Origin: Chthoniobacterales bacterium | GTDB lineage: Bacteria; Verrucomicrobiota; Verrucomicrobiia; Chthoniobacterales; Chthoniobacteraceae | Length of the DNA stretch: 64,000 nucleotides | Assembly: GCA_038207335.1 (NCBI GenBank) | Contig: JBBQZX010000002.1 | Coordinates: forward strand, 128,001 to 192,000 | Direction of reading: 5' to 3' | The notes under the pieces: generated by a model | What the model was told of the DNA's origin: nothing | Seen by the model: the letters and a program-made list of their open reading frames with translations, nothing else | The model's database searches: none | Program-made: the position numbers and the translations under genes | Shown here: in pieces, positions 1 to 9,973 of the stretch | Position numbering within the stretch: the first letter of the stretch is position 1 | How the letters are laid out: every line of letters begins with the position of its first letter

Positions 1-934
1 GCTCCTCCACCTTCCAGCGCGCCACCACCTGAAACGCCGCCGTATCGATCACCGCCACCGCAGCCTGCCCCCAGAGACTCACATAAAGTCGCCCCTTCTC
101 CTCATCCAGCACGCAGCAGTAGGGGAAAGGCTCGTCACCCCGCGCCTTGTCCATCGTCACCAGCGCACGCTTGGTGATCGAAGGATCGTCCGTCGGCAAA
201 ATCCCTGTAAAAGGCACCGCTCCACCCTTGCCCGTCGTCTCCGCCTCTCCGCTTCGAGGGGCGGCGTTCGGCGTTGGAGGTTCGGCCTTGTCCCCTTCCT
301 TCACCGCGGGTTTCTCCTCCTCCGCAGGCGCTCGCACGTCCTCCTTCAGCGCCAGCTCCGACACGAGCTCCTTCCCATTTTCTCCCTGCGAAAATCGCGT
401 CACCGTCTGCCCCCACACATTTGCGATGAACCCACTCCCATATTTCTCCCCGATGGCAAACCCCGCCGGAATCCCTCGCACGCGCGGCTCATTCACCTTC
501 AGCACATCATCCTTCCCGATGGTGCCCGTCTCCGGCTCGAACTCGAACCCGTGCAACTCCTCATCGCCGCCCCCAGAGCAGATTAGCCCCTTCCCCTCCT
601 TGAAAAACGCGATCCCATAAAACGCCTCATTGATGTTCCTGCGCGACGCCACCTTCCCTGTCTTCAGGTCTAAAATCGCGATCTCGTGCTGTCCATACCC
701 GCAGTGCAGCACCGCGGCCCATTTACCATTCGGATGCACCGCGATATTCACCGGGAAATCGCCCACCGGCACCTGCTTGCCCACCGGGCGCAGCACCCAT
801 TGATTCGGCAGCAACACCGACCCATCCGCCCGCTGCCCCGGCACCTGCGCCACCGCCTGCGGCGGGGCTGCATTAATTCGAGCCACGGCGAACGCAGCGG
901 ACGTGGCGATAAGAAGCAGGGAGGATGTGCGCAT
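1..934 (-). CDS. Secreted YVTN/YncE beta-propeller protein, probably the N-terminal part of a beta-propeller/phosphoesterase fusion; runs off the window start
   Basis: Not in the ORF track because there is no stop in the window. Manual translation from ATG 934 gives MRTSSLLLIATSAAFAVARINAAPPQ...GSVLLPNQWVLRPVGKQVPVGDFPVNIAVHPNGKWAAVLHCGYGQHEI...PYCCVLDEEKGRLYVSLWGQAAVAVIDT, a signal peptide plus typical YVTN blades. Confidence 0.75.
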   Translation of the reverse strand, partial: MRTSSLLLIATSAAFAVARINAAPPQAVAQVPGQRADGSVLLPNQWVLRPVGKQVPVGDFPVNIAVHPNGKWAAVLHCGYGQHEIAILDLKTGKVASRRNINEAFYGIAFFKEGKGLICSGGGDEELHGFEFEPETGTIGKDDVLKVNEPRVRGIPAGFAIGEKYGSGFIANVWGQTVTRFSQGENGKELVSELALKEDVRAPAEEEKPAVKEGDKAEPPTPNAAPRSGEAETTGKGGAVPFTGILPTDDPSITKRALVTMDKARGDEPFPYCCVLDEEKGRLYVSLWGQAAVAVIDTAAFQVVARWKVEE

Positions 935-1128
935 TGGGAGGAACAGGAGTTTTCGGATTTGAAAATGTCTATCCACGAACTCGCGAATGACGCACAGAAA
1001 TCCTAAAAATTCCGCGCCTCTGCAGGTGAGAAGCTACCCGAACTTCTGCGCTGCCCAGTCACTACTTCGCGGCGAGAAATGTCCGCGTCTCGCCACCGGC
1101 GCGGCACGAAAAACGAGGGCTTGCTTTT

Positions 1129-2256
1129 CTAATGCTCCACCGGCACCGGCGACGTGCCCGGCTTCACCTCGCTGCTCGGCAGCGATGCTGGTGGCGCGGG
1201 TGCTTTTGGCGGCTCCGGTGGTTTCGGCGGCTCGGGCGGAGCCGGCGGCTCAGGACGCTTTGGCTCTGGCGGTTTCGGCGCAGGCGGCTTTGGAGGCGCG
1301 GCATCCGTCGATGCGACCTGCGTAGAATTTGCGGCCGCGGGCACTGCCGCAGCGGACGGCTTCTCGAGCGGTACGGCTCCTTCCGGCGCGGAGGGCGCAG
1401 GCGGCGGTGGAACTGCCGAATCTGCGGGCGCGGGCACCGGAGGAGTTGATGCCGGAGGCACCGGTATGGGAGCAGGCGCGGGCGCGGCGTCCGCCGGTGG
1501 CATTGGCACAGGAGCTGGAGCCGCTGGTGCCTCCGCGGCCGGAGCCGGAGTCACTGGTGTCGCTGGCGCAGGTCCGGCGTTCGCCGGAGCGGGGAGCGCG
1601 GCCTCAGCGGGCACGGGCGTCGCAGGTTCCGGTTGCTTCAATTTCTGAACCTCCATCAACGCCTCGCGCGCGAAATTCGTCTGCCCAAATTGCGCGACCA
1701 CATCCTCGTACACGCGCTTCGCCTGCTCGATCTCACCTTTCACTTTCAAAATCCGCGCCTCCGCCAGCATTGCCACCGGCGCGCTGAAACTCGCCGGATA
1801 AGTCGTCGCCACTTTCTGATAAGTCGCCAGCGCCTCGTCCGGCTTACCCGCCGCTTCCTGCGTCACCGCGAGGCTCGTCCACGCGCCGCTCACGAGCGGA
1901 TGTTGCGCGTGCTCGCTCGTGAATTTCGCAAGCGCCTTCGCCGCCTCCTCATACTTTCCGTCGCCGCGCAGCTTCTCCGCAAGCAGCAGTTCCGCATTCC
2001 CCGCCACCACCGACCCCGGATGATCGGCGATCACTTTTTGAAAATCATCCACCGACTTCGCCATTGCGAATTCCCGCTCCGCAGACTCCCTCGATTTCCG
2101 CTTCGCGAATTCCACAGCACCAGCAACGACCAGCGCCACGATCAGCACGAGCACGAGCGCCACGATCTTCGACTGGTGCTGAATCCAAAACGCGAGCAGA
2201 TCGAAACTCGTGTCGGGGGGGGACGGCTGCTGCTCGGCTTCTACGGGGCTGGACAT
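1129..2256 (-). CDS. YfgM-like membrane-anchored tetratricopeptide-repeat protein with a long Pro/Ala-rich C-terminal tail
   Basis: N-terminal TM helix (IVALVLVLIVALVVAGAV), TPR-like helices (GKYEEAAKAL, GKPDEALATYQKV) and PPKPPEPP repeats; start placed at MSSPVE. Confidence 0.75.
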   Translation of the reverse strand: MSSPVEAEQQPSPPDTSFDLLAFWIQHQSKIVALVLVLIVALVVAGAVEFAKRKSRESAEREFAMAKSVDDFQKVIADHPGSVVAGNAELLLAEKLRGDGKYEEAAKALAKFTSEHAQHPLVSGAWTSLAVTQEAAGKPDEALATYQKVATTYPASFSAPVAMLAEARILKVKGEIEQAKRVYEDVVAQFGQTNFAREALMEVQKLKQPEPATPVPAEAALPAPANAGPAPATPVTPAPAAEAPAAPAPVPMPPADAAPAPAPIPVPPASTPPVPAPADSAVPPPPAPSAPEGAVPLEKPSAAAVPAAANSTQVASTDAAPPKPPAPKPPEPKRPEPPAPPEPPKPPEPPKAPAPPASLPSSEVKPGTSPVPVEH

Positions 2257-2302
2257 AAGGGCGGAGAACGTTCCAAAGGACCCGCCCCAGCGCAAGCCCC
2301 GA

Positions 2303-2980
2303 TCAGCTCCGCCGTGTGCTGATTTCGTGCGTCTGCTTGATTTTCACCACCGAATCCGCCGGTGCCACACCCCGCCACTGCACCCCTGGATACAGCACGC
2401 TCCGGCGCCCGATCATCGATCCCGGATTGATGATCGAGTTGCATCCGATCTCCGCGTGATCGCCGATCACCGCACCAAATTTTTTAAGCCCCGTTGGCAC
2501 TAATCCCTGCGGCGTCGAGATCGTAATTTCTCCGCGATCGAGCTTCACATTCGACAAAATCACGCCCGCTCCGAGATGCGCGCGAAAGCCGACGATCGAA
2601 TCGCCCACGTAGTTGAAATGCGGAATCTGCGCTTCGTCGAAAATGATCGAATTTTTGAACTCGCACGAATTTCCCAGCACGCATCCCGAACCGACGATCA
2701 CGTTCTCGCGGATGTAGCACCCATTGCGAATCTCGCATCCCTCGCCGATCCACGCCGGCCCCTTGATCATCGCCCCCTGCTCGATCACCGTACCTTTCCC
2801 GATGAACACCGCGCCGCTAATGAACGGCTTCCCGATCAGTCGCCCTTGGATCGACGGCTTCAAGCGAAACTGCAAATAGCTCGTGATCTGCTTCAGCGCG
2901 TCCCACGCATTCGTCGCATTTTCGAAAAGCATCCGATGCTCCGTGTGGTTCAGGTCGAGGTAGTCTTCCGGGGCAAACAT
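2303..2980 (-). CDS. Stand-alone hexapeptide-repeat (LbH) acetyltransferase resembling the GlmU C-terminal domain
   Basis: Hexapeptide repeats and the motifs EFKNSII, IPHFNYVGDSIVG, LGAGVILSN, KKFGAVIGD; no nucleotidyltransferase domain. Confidence 0.8.
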   Translation of the reverse strand: MFAPEDYLDLNHTEHRMLFENATNAWDALKQITSYLQFRLKPSIQGRLIGKPFISGAVFIGKGTVIEQGAMIKGPAWIGEGCEIRNGCYIRENVIVGSGCVLGNSCEFKNSIIFDEAQIPHFNYVGDSIVGFRAHLGAGVILSNVKLDRGEITISTPQGLVPTGLKKFGAVIGDHAEIGCNSIINPGSMIGRRSVLYPGVQWRGVAPADSVVKIKQTHEISTRRS

Positions 2981-3168
2981 GATGAGTCGGTTGAATATGG
3001 AAATCGGCGGCGCGAGCGCACGGTTCTAAGGCAAATCGACGGCGAGCCAATTCGGAAATCCAATCGTGCTCGTCAGCCTCCGCGGTTCTCGCCATGCGGC
3101 GAAAGTCAACGCTCTTTTCCATCCTCGCACCCCGCGAAGTCCGCGGCGCTCTCGGCCTTCCGGAAAGA

Positions 3169-4590
3169 TCAACGCGGCGTCAATTTCGCGCCGTCCTTCG
3201 TGTCCTTCACCACCCAGCCCAGCGCCGCGATCCGGTCGCGCAGCTCATCGCTCAACGCCCAATTTTTCTCCGCCCGCGCCTGCTGTCGTTGCTCGACCAA
3301 GCTCATCAGGTCATCGGGAATCACGGAAACGTCGCGTCGCAACGCGAGCACGGATTCAACTCGGTCCCACTCGGCAAGCAGCCTGCCTGCTTGATCTCCG
3401 GAGAGGCTAGCCTCGTCCATCGCCTTGTTGGTGGAGCGGATAAGTTCGAAAAGATGGCCCATCGCACCCGAGATATTCAGGTCGTCATCGAGCGCCTCGA
3501 AGAATGACGCGATTTGCAAATTCGCAGAAGTCGTCAACTCATCGGACCCGTGGAGGTCGCCCTTTTCGCGATCTGCCAGCGTCCGCAGCCGCTCCAGCCA
3601 TTCGTCGATGCGGCCTAGCGCCACACGTGCAGCCTCCAGCCCCGCGATCGTGAAATTGCACGGCAGCCGATAATTCACCGTCAGCAGTGCGTAACGCACC
3701 TCGCGCCCCGCGAATCCCTTCTCCGTCAAATCGCGCAGCGTGTAAAAATTCCCGAGCGACTTCGACATCTTTTGCCCCTCCACCATCAGGTGCGCGCAGT
3801 GCAGCCAGTAGCGGACAAACGTCTTCCCCGTGCAGCATTCCGACTGCGCGATCTCCGCCTCGTGATGCGGGAAAATGTTGTCCACGCCACCGCAGTGAAT
3901 GTCGATTTCAGGCCCCAGCAGCGCCGTCGCCATCGCGCTGCACTCGATGTGCCAGCCCGGCCGTCCCGGCCCCCACGGCGAGTCCCAGCGCACGTCCCCA
4001 TCCGCCTCATCCCACGCTTTCCACAACGCAAAATCGCCGATGTTTTCCTTCTCGTACTCGTCGCTGCTCACCCGCCCGCTCGGCCGCAGCTCGTCGAGAT
4101 TCAGATGCGCGAGCTGCCCGTATTTCGGAAACTTTGAGAGCCGAAAATAGACCGACCGATCCTCCGCCACATACGCGATTTCCTCCCGCACGAGCTGCCC
4201 GATCATCGCAATCATTTTCTCGATGAAGCGTGGCTCAGTCGCCGACGGCGTCTCCGCCGGACGCGCAATCCGCAGCATCGCGATGTCCTGAAAAAACGCG
4301 TCCTTGTAAATCTGCGTGAAGTCCGCGAGCGCCCGTCCCGCCTTGCGAGAATCGCGGATCGTCTTGTCATCCACGTCCGTCAGATTCATCACTCGCTCCA
4401 CGAAATACCCGCGTGCCTCAAGATGCCGCTGAAGCAGATCCTCGAACACATACGCGCGAAAATTTCCGATGTGCGCGTGATTATAAACCGTCGGCCCGCA
4501 GGTGTACATCTTCACCTGCTTGCCCGCCGGTTCGATCGGGCTGAAATCTTCGACCTCGCGGGAGAGCGTGTTAAAAAAACGGAGCGGCAT
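3169..4590 (-). CDS. cysS: Cysteine--tRNA ligase
   Basis: MYTCGPTVY, HIGN, GRPGWHIECSAM, FPHHEAE and KMSKSLGN motifs. Confidence 0.97.
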   Translation of the reverse strand: MPLRFFNTLSREVEDFSPIEPAGKQVKMYTCGPTVYNHAHIGNFRAYVFEDLLQRHLEARGYFVERVMNLTDVDDKTIRDSRKAGRALADFTQIYKDAFFQDIAMLRIARPAETPSATEPRFIEKMIAMIGQLVREEIAYVAEDRSVYFRLSKFPKYGQLAHLNLDELRPSGRVSSDEYEKENIGDFALWKAWDEADGDVRWDSPWGPGRPGWHIECSAMATALLGPEIDIHCGGVDNIFPHHEAEIAQSECCTGKTFVRYWLHCAHLMVEGQKMSKSLGNFYTLRDLTEKGFAGREVRYALLTVNYRLPCNFTIAGLEAARVALGRIDEWLERLRTLADREKGDLHGSDELTTSANLQIASFFEALDDDLNISGAMGHLFELIRSTNKAMDEASLSGDQAGRLLAEWDRVESVLALRRDVSVIPDDLMSLVEQRQQARAEKNWALSDELRDRIAALGWVVKDTKDGAKLTPR

Positions 4591-4691
4591 TAGCAAAAAC
4601 GGGAGCGGTGACTTTGAGTGAAGAGACGGCGATGTAGAGCGATGTAGAGAAAAGCAGCCGTCCCGGCGAGCGGATGTTCAGCCGAAGAAAA

Positions 4692-5612
4692 CTACGACGC
4701 CAGCCCAGCGAGCTTCTCCCAGAGCGTGCGCTCCTCCGCGTTGAGCGTGGTCGGCAGTTCCACCTCGAGTTGCACATAAAAATCCCCGCGCCCGCCAGCA
4801 CTCGTGGGCATCCCCCGTCCCTTCACTCGAAACCGCCGTCCCGGCTGCGAGCCCGCCGGCACCTTCAGCTTGATCGATCCCTCCGGCGTCGCCACCTCCA
4901 CCTCGCAGCCCAGCACCGCTTTCCACGCCGGAGCTTCAAGTTCAAAAATCAAGTCCGTACCTTCGATTCGATAATCCGGGTGCCGCTCGAAGCGCACCCG
5001 CAAAAACAAATCCCCCGCGGCCCCGCCCCGCCCCGCTCCACCCCCCTGCCCCGCCAGTCGGATGCGCTGCCCCTCGCGAACTCCTTTCGGGATTTTCACG
5101 TCATACGTTTCCACGCGCGGATTCCCGTCACGACGAAACGAAATCTTCTTGCTCCCGCCATGCAGCGCCTCCTCGATCGTCACCAGCAAATCCGCCTCGA
5201 TGTCCTCCCCACGCACGCGATCCTCCCCGCCCATCCCCGCAAACCCTCCCCCTCCCTGACGCCCGGCACGTCCACCAAAGAACTGCTCGAAAAAGTCGCT
5301 GAAACCCGTTCCCCCAAAACTCGCGCCACCTCCTCCATTCGCCTGCCCCCATCCCGGCGGAGGTCGCTGCGCACTGCCCCCTCGCTCCCAATCCGCACCG
5401 AGCGTGTCATATTTTTGCCGCTTCTCCGCATCACCCAGCACCTCGTACGCCTCATTAATCTCCTTGAATTTCGCCTCCGCCGTCTTCTTGTCCTTCGCCA
5501 CGTCGGGATGATGCACCCGAGCCAGTTTGCGAAATGCGCTGCGAATCTCATCGTGCGACGCCGACTTCTCGACGCCCAAAACTTTGTAGTAATCCTTATA
5601 TTGAACAGACAT
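4692..5612 (-). CDS. CbpA-like class B J-domain protein (DnaJ without zinc finger)
   Basis: DYYKVLGV...HPD J-domain, G/F-rich linker, C-terminal GDL...GRGMP...GDFYV DnaJ_C domain; no CxxCxGxG repeats. Confidence 0.92.
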   Translation of the reverse strand: MSVQYKDYYKVLGVEKSASHDEIRSAFRKLARVHHPDVAKDKKTAEAKFKEINEAYEVLGDAEKRQKYDTLGADWERGGSAQRPPPGWGQANGGGGASFGGTGFSDFFEQFFGGRAGRQGGGGFAGMGGEDRVRGEDIEADLLVTIEEALHGGSKKISFRRDGNPRVETYDVKIPKGVREGQRIRLAGQGGGAGRGGAAGDLFLRVRFERHPDYRIEGTDLIFELEAPAWKAVLGCEVEVATPEGSIKLKVPAGSQPGRRFRVKGRGMPTSAGGRGDFYVQLEVELPTTLNAEERTLWEKLAGLAS

Positions 5613-5744
5613 GAGCCGCGCACTCTACTGAGCGGCTCGCCGTCTGCCAATCGCGCCGCGCAAAATCACGGAACTTTGCGAGTTTGGAATAAACGATCTG
5701 AACCGTGGTGAGAATCCGCCGTGAACACGCGATGACAACGGCTC

Positions 5745-8700
5745 TTAGTGTGGCGAGAAGTGCTTGGTCGAAACCACGCGGAAGCGGTAGTACGGATCGA
5801 CCTTTTTAGATTCGCGATCGTAATCTCTCAGTGCGGGATCGTTCGGGTCGATGAAGCGCTCGATCGTCGCCGAGCCGCGATACTCGCTCACCACCTGATC
5901 ATGCTTCGGGTCAAACACCTTCGCCTCTGCATCGGTCTTCGAGGATTTGCGGATCGCCTGGCAGCGCATATGGACAGTATACACATTCGACTTCGTGGTC
6001 AGCCGAGGAAAAATATGCGTATAAGGGCGCTCCCGCATATTGTCTCCCGTAATTGAATTTTTGGTCCAATAAGCATTCCAATCGCCGCCTACCCCACCAA
6101 GGGGATACAAATCGATATCGCAAATCTCCGAAGCACTCCGAAACAGCGTCGTATCACGGCTCGGAATCTGTGAACCTTGATCGTTGAGCCGAAATTCCAT
6201 CTCCTGCAGAGTTTTATCCAAATCAATGGGGTAACGCAGCGTTAATGTCGGCGCGTCTTTCACCGGGGCCTCCGCGTGAGCCCCCTCCGGCGTATTTGAC
6301 GGAACGGCCATGACGAATGTCGAGCGAAGCACTCCGCGTAGAGCCGTATCGCGACGAAGATAAGAACGCGGATTTGTCGTGTTCGGATTCGTCGTTTTTC
6401 CCCCGCTGACCTTCGACTTGGCATATCCAAATGGTGCGATGACATAATTCATATTCACCTTTCCCCCAGTAGAAAATGGCTCACTGATTGCGTAAGGCTC
6501 GATGACGGGAACCTGAAAATAATCCAACCAGATATGGTCGGGCAAACCTTGTGATCCTGGATGACTCGTCCCCGTTTCACGGTCCGGGCGAAGCAAAAGG
6601 GTCTGCCACGGCTTGTGAGCAAGAGCGCCCGTAGGTAGCGAACCGATCATCGCGACCGAAGGAAGCTGACGATTCGGGCTGAAGAAAGACTGCCCGGTCT
6701 CCTCAATGCCACGACCACGGAAATACGGGGCTCGACCGCTAACGCTCGCATCGGGGTAGTTGAAGTTCAAGTTGCCTTCATCCACCTTATTTCCGAATGC
6801 CCCATCCATGTGCTTGGAGAGACCGCGATCAAAATCACCCGGGCCGCCGTCGCTCCGCTTCACTCCGTTGACATACGCGGGCAGGATCGGCGGCTTGGCA
6901 CCTCGGAATGTGGCGCCAGCAGCCAGACGACCACCGCCAAGATAGCCACCGTTAGCCATCGGATCGCCGTGGGATGCGGTCAGATTGTGAATCTGTCGCC
7001 GCGTGCTCGAATAGAGGACTCCACCCGCAGGATTTTCCACTTTCCGAAAATCGGATGCCACCAGAATTGGCTTCATTGCTCCAATTCTCAAATCTCCCTC
7101 GCCACCCGCTGCAACGCCTTGACCGACATACTCAACACTCCTTACAACGTCGTCTGCTAAGATGTAATCGCGCTTACCGTCTTTCGAACCGTCGAACCGC
7201 TTGGACCTCTGGGAGTTGAAAGACTGATCACCCCCTGTCGGAAGACCTGTAACAGTGAAAGGAGTACTGAAATCAACCGTTGCGGTTTGAACGAGGGTGG
7301 CACGCGGATCATCAAAAGCTTCGCCAGACCAAATCTCGATCTCAAACGATCCACCCTCGACAGTGAGGTCATACGTCCCAGGCGAATTAGTCGGAATCGG
7401 AACAGGAGCACTGACATACGGGTAACGAGTCACGGTATCACCTCCCTGCGACTGGCGCTTATAACTAGCATTCTTCCCCTTCTCGAACGTTTTGATGTAA
7501 ACAGTGAAATTTTGATTACGGGAAGGATCAAGATCGGGATTCGACAATCCTACCGCATCAAAATAGTCATTGGGATGCGAAGGCTTCGTGTGCTCAGCAA
7601 AATAGTGCATTGAGGAACTTGAACCCTGAACCGGCATGAACCCACGACCGTAGGTAACCTCGTGTGGCGCAATGTTACAAATATTGTATTCTGGCGTAGT
7701 ATTAAACTGCATATCAGTCCGCAGTGACGTGAATCCTGGCATATTGGAATTCTTCACAGTCGCAAACGTAGGCGTGATCGCTCGGACCTTCGTAAAATAA
7801 GTCGGTCGAATCGCGGGGAAACCAGGCATCGTCGTGGCTATCTCTAGGGAAAGCACCGCCTGCATCACCTGCGCGTTGCCGCTACCCCCGTTGGTCGGAG
7901 GCACCCGATCATTGTCAGTTGAACGGTGAAAGATCAACGCAGCCTCGCTCAACGTCACAAACCGCCCCAATCCTTGCGTGTTGTTAACCTTGAGTGGCAC
8001 GACCATTCCAGACCAATCCACCGACCGGGCGTTGCGCCCCGAATAGCCGCCCGTCGAGTTTGTTTCACTCACTCCCTCCTTGAAAAAACGCGGGGTATAG
8101 GGTGAGAATTTATTTCCGCCACGGCCCGGAGCGCCCGTGTCCACCAAGTTGACTGAACGACTGTAATCAAAAATCTCGGTAATAATCTGATCGCGATCGT
8201 CGTGATACTTAGTCTCGAAATTTGACCCGAAACCCGGGGTTTCGGGATGAGCAGTGCCGGTAAAGCTATGGACGAAGTCCCACATGTCTTTTGTAGCTGT
8301 CCCTGCCGCAATATCGGCCGTGGCGCTCGTGGCGTCTTGCCGGGTGATGTAGTACGGCTTATCGTTTCCAACGTTGCCATTAGGATCTTTATAAACCGTC
8401 GAAGTAAACGCAAACAGATCGTCCTCATGAGTACGCAAGCTGAGTTGGCCAGCCTTCGCATCGGGATGGATTGGCCACATAGTGATGCGTGGACGTCCAA
8501 AAAGGTTTACCTCGGGCGCGCGGCTGTTGGCAGTTAGGAAGAAGCGCAGCTTTTCGAGAGCAGCAGGAGTCATTTCCGGGTTGAGTTCGGTCACAGGCTT
8601 GGATCCTCCAGTATTGCGATCCGCTGGGAAAAGCATCTCGTCGATCGTCGCGTATAAATGTTTCGTCCTAATATCAAGAATCGCCTCTGCCTTATTTGCT

Positions 8701-9968
8701 CCAATTCCGGCAAGTTTGATATAAAAATTCTTATTCTCCCGTGCATCAGGATCAGAATTCCGCGTTCCGCCTTCGGTTGTGGGATAATCAAATGGGGTGA
8801 ACCCCGAGATCTGATAGAGAGCTTCTTTATACTCCTTATAACCTGGCGCCAAAGGGTAAGGACCGTTTCTGAGGTTGAGCTTCCACAGCCAACCCAGCGC
8901 AGGACTCAGGCAAGTCGTAGCGGGATGACCCGGGTAACGTTGAAACTCACCTCGCGTCGGCTGGGACGAAGCCAGATTCAAGAGGTCTGCCCGTGTTGGT
9001 TTCAAGTCACCAGAATTATCTTCAACGTACCCGCTTTCCTGCATCGTGCTCACACTTGGGGTATCCCAAAACGTGCCTTCGGATGCGGTGTTGATATTGA
9101 GCTTGCACGTTTCGTCATCAGTCCAAAATGCGGTTCGCCCGATCGCAGGATTCTTCGCCGTCGCAAGACTAATGTCCCCAACTGTCCCGTCTTGAAGTAC
9201 GTAGAGCCATTTAACAGGCATTGGAAGGTAGGGCACCGCTTCGCCCTTCCCAGATCCGCTCACATCGACCATTTTTAACTTAGGATCCGTGTTGATAGAA
9301 GCGTCGAAGCCTTCGACAATCCCCTTTTGGTCAGCCGCTTTTTCAAGGTCGTTGTATGCAGCGCGTGGATCCAACACTGGATAGTAGGGCTCGACTGTCT
9401 GCCCGGTCGCGTCAATGTCCTTGCGCGCACTCAACACCGGTTCGTTGATATCGACGAATGTCTTATCTTGTGTAGTGTCCCAATCTTCGATGATTTTAGT
9501 TTCTACCGGGAGGTCTGTGCCACTATAGTCTGAAGATGTGACTTTCATTCGGTCCGACGAATACAATTTATAGACAAAATCGTTTGACCCCGGATTGTAG
9601 GTGCGATAGGTAGCTCGATCCGGCAGCGACTTGCGGGTCGCCGAGAGGCTCCCAGAATACGTGCGAAGTGCACCAGGCTGAGAAGCCCATGTCATGTTCT
9701 CTACCACCGTTCCGTTGCGGTCTGTGGAACTCGTAGCGTCGCGGATTTGGCCGATCACCAAATTGACTGTGCTATCGGCGATTTGGCGTGCTCGGGCGCC
9801 GTTTGAGGCGGTTTGTGCTGCCGACCGCTCAGTAGTCGCAGATGTCATGAATGCAACCAGTATGCCAGATAGTAGCACGAGCATGGCGAGGACAATGATC
9901 AGCGCAACGCCAGCCTCGCGCGGTCGAACGCTGGGAAATGAATCAGTGAGTAAGCGGGAGGATTTCAT
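5745..9968 (-). CDS. vccA: Verru_Chthon cassette protein A (large PilX-like protein)
   Basis: 1407 aa; PilX-like N-terminus GVALIIVLAMLVLLS; family-typical PMPVKWLYVLQDG, GRTAFWTDDETCKLNINTASEG, FQRYPGHPATTCLS, TGDNMRERPY, YRGSATIERFIDP. Confidence 0.9.
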   Translation of the reverse strand: MKSSRLLTDSFPSVRPREAGVALIIVLAMLVLLSGILVAFMTSATTERSAAQTASNGARARQIADSTVNLVIGQIRDATSSTDRNGTVVENMTWASQPGALRTYSGSLSATRKSLPDRATYRTYNPGSNDFVYKLYSSDRMKVTSSDYSGTDLPVETKIIEDWDTTQDKTFVDINEPVLSARKDIDATGQTVEPYYPVLDPRAAYNDLEKAADQKGIVEGFDASINTDPKLKMVDVSGSGKGEAVPYLPMPVKWLYVLQDGTVGDISLATAKNPAIGRTAFWTDDETCKLNINTASEGTFWDTPSVSTMQESGYVEDNSGDLKPTRADLLNLASSQPTRGEFQRYPGHPATTCLSPALGWLWKLNLRNGPYPLAPGYKEYKEALYQISGFTPFDYPTTEGGTRNSDPDARENKNFYIKLAGIGANKAEAILDIRTKHLYATIDEMLFPADRNTGGSKPVTELNPEMTPAALEKLRFFLTANSRAPEVNLFGRPRITMWPIHPDAKAGQLSLRTHEDDLFAFTSTVYKDPNGNVGNDKPYYITRQDATSATADIAAGTATKDMWDFVHSFTGTAHPETPGFGSNFETKYHDDRDQIITEIFDYSRSVNLVDTGAPGRGGNKFSPYTPRFFKEGVSETNSTGGYSGRNARSVDWSGMVVPLKVNNTQGLGRFVTLSEAALIFHRSTDNDRVPPTNGGSGNAQVMQAVLSLEIATTMPGFPAIRPTYFTKVRAITPTFATVKNSNMPGFTSLRTDMQFNTTPEYNICNIAPHEVTYGRGFMPVQGSSSSMHYFAEHTKPSHPNDYFDAVGLSNPDLDPSRNQNFTVYIKTFEKGKNASYKRQSQGGDTVTRYPYVSAPVPIPTNSPGTYDLTVEGGSFEIEIWSGEAFDDPRATLVQTATVDFSTPFTVTGLPTGGDQSFNSQRSKRFDGSKDGKRDYILADDVVRSVEYVGQGVAAGGEGDLRIGAMKPILVASDFRKVENPAGGVLYSSTRRQIHNLTASHGDPMANGGYLGGGRLAAGATFRGAKPPILPAYVNGVKRSDGGPGDFDRGLSKHMDGAFGNKVDEGNLNFNYPDASVSGRAPYFRGRGIEETGQSFFSPNRQLPSVAMIGSLPTGALAHKPWQTLLLRPDRETGTSHPGSQGLPDHIWLDYFQVPVIEPYAISEPFSTGGKVNMNYVIAPFGYAKSKVSGGKTTNPNTTNPRSYLRRDTALRGVLRSTFVMAVPSNTPEGAHAEAPVKDAPTLTLRYPIDLDKTLQEMEFRLNDQGSQIPSRDTTLFRSASEICDIDLYPLGGVGGDWNAYWTKNSITGDNMRERPYTHIFPRLTTKSNVYTVHMRCQAIRKSSKTDAEAKVFDPKHDQVVSEYRGSATIERFIDPNDPALRDYDRESKKVDPYYRFRVVSTKHFSPH

Positions 9969-9973
9969 GGGGT

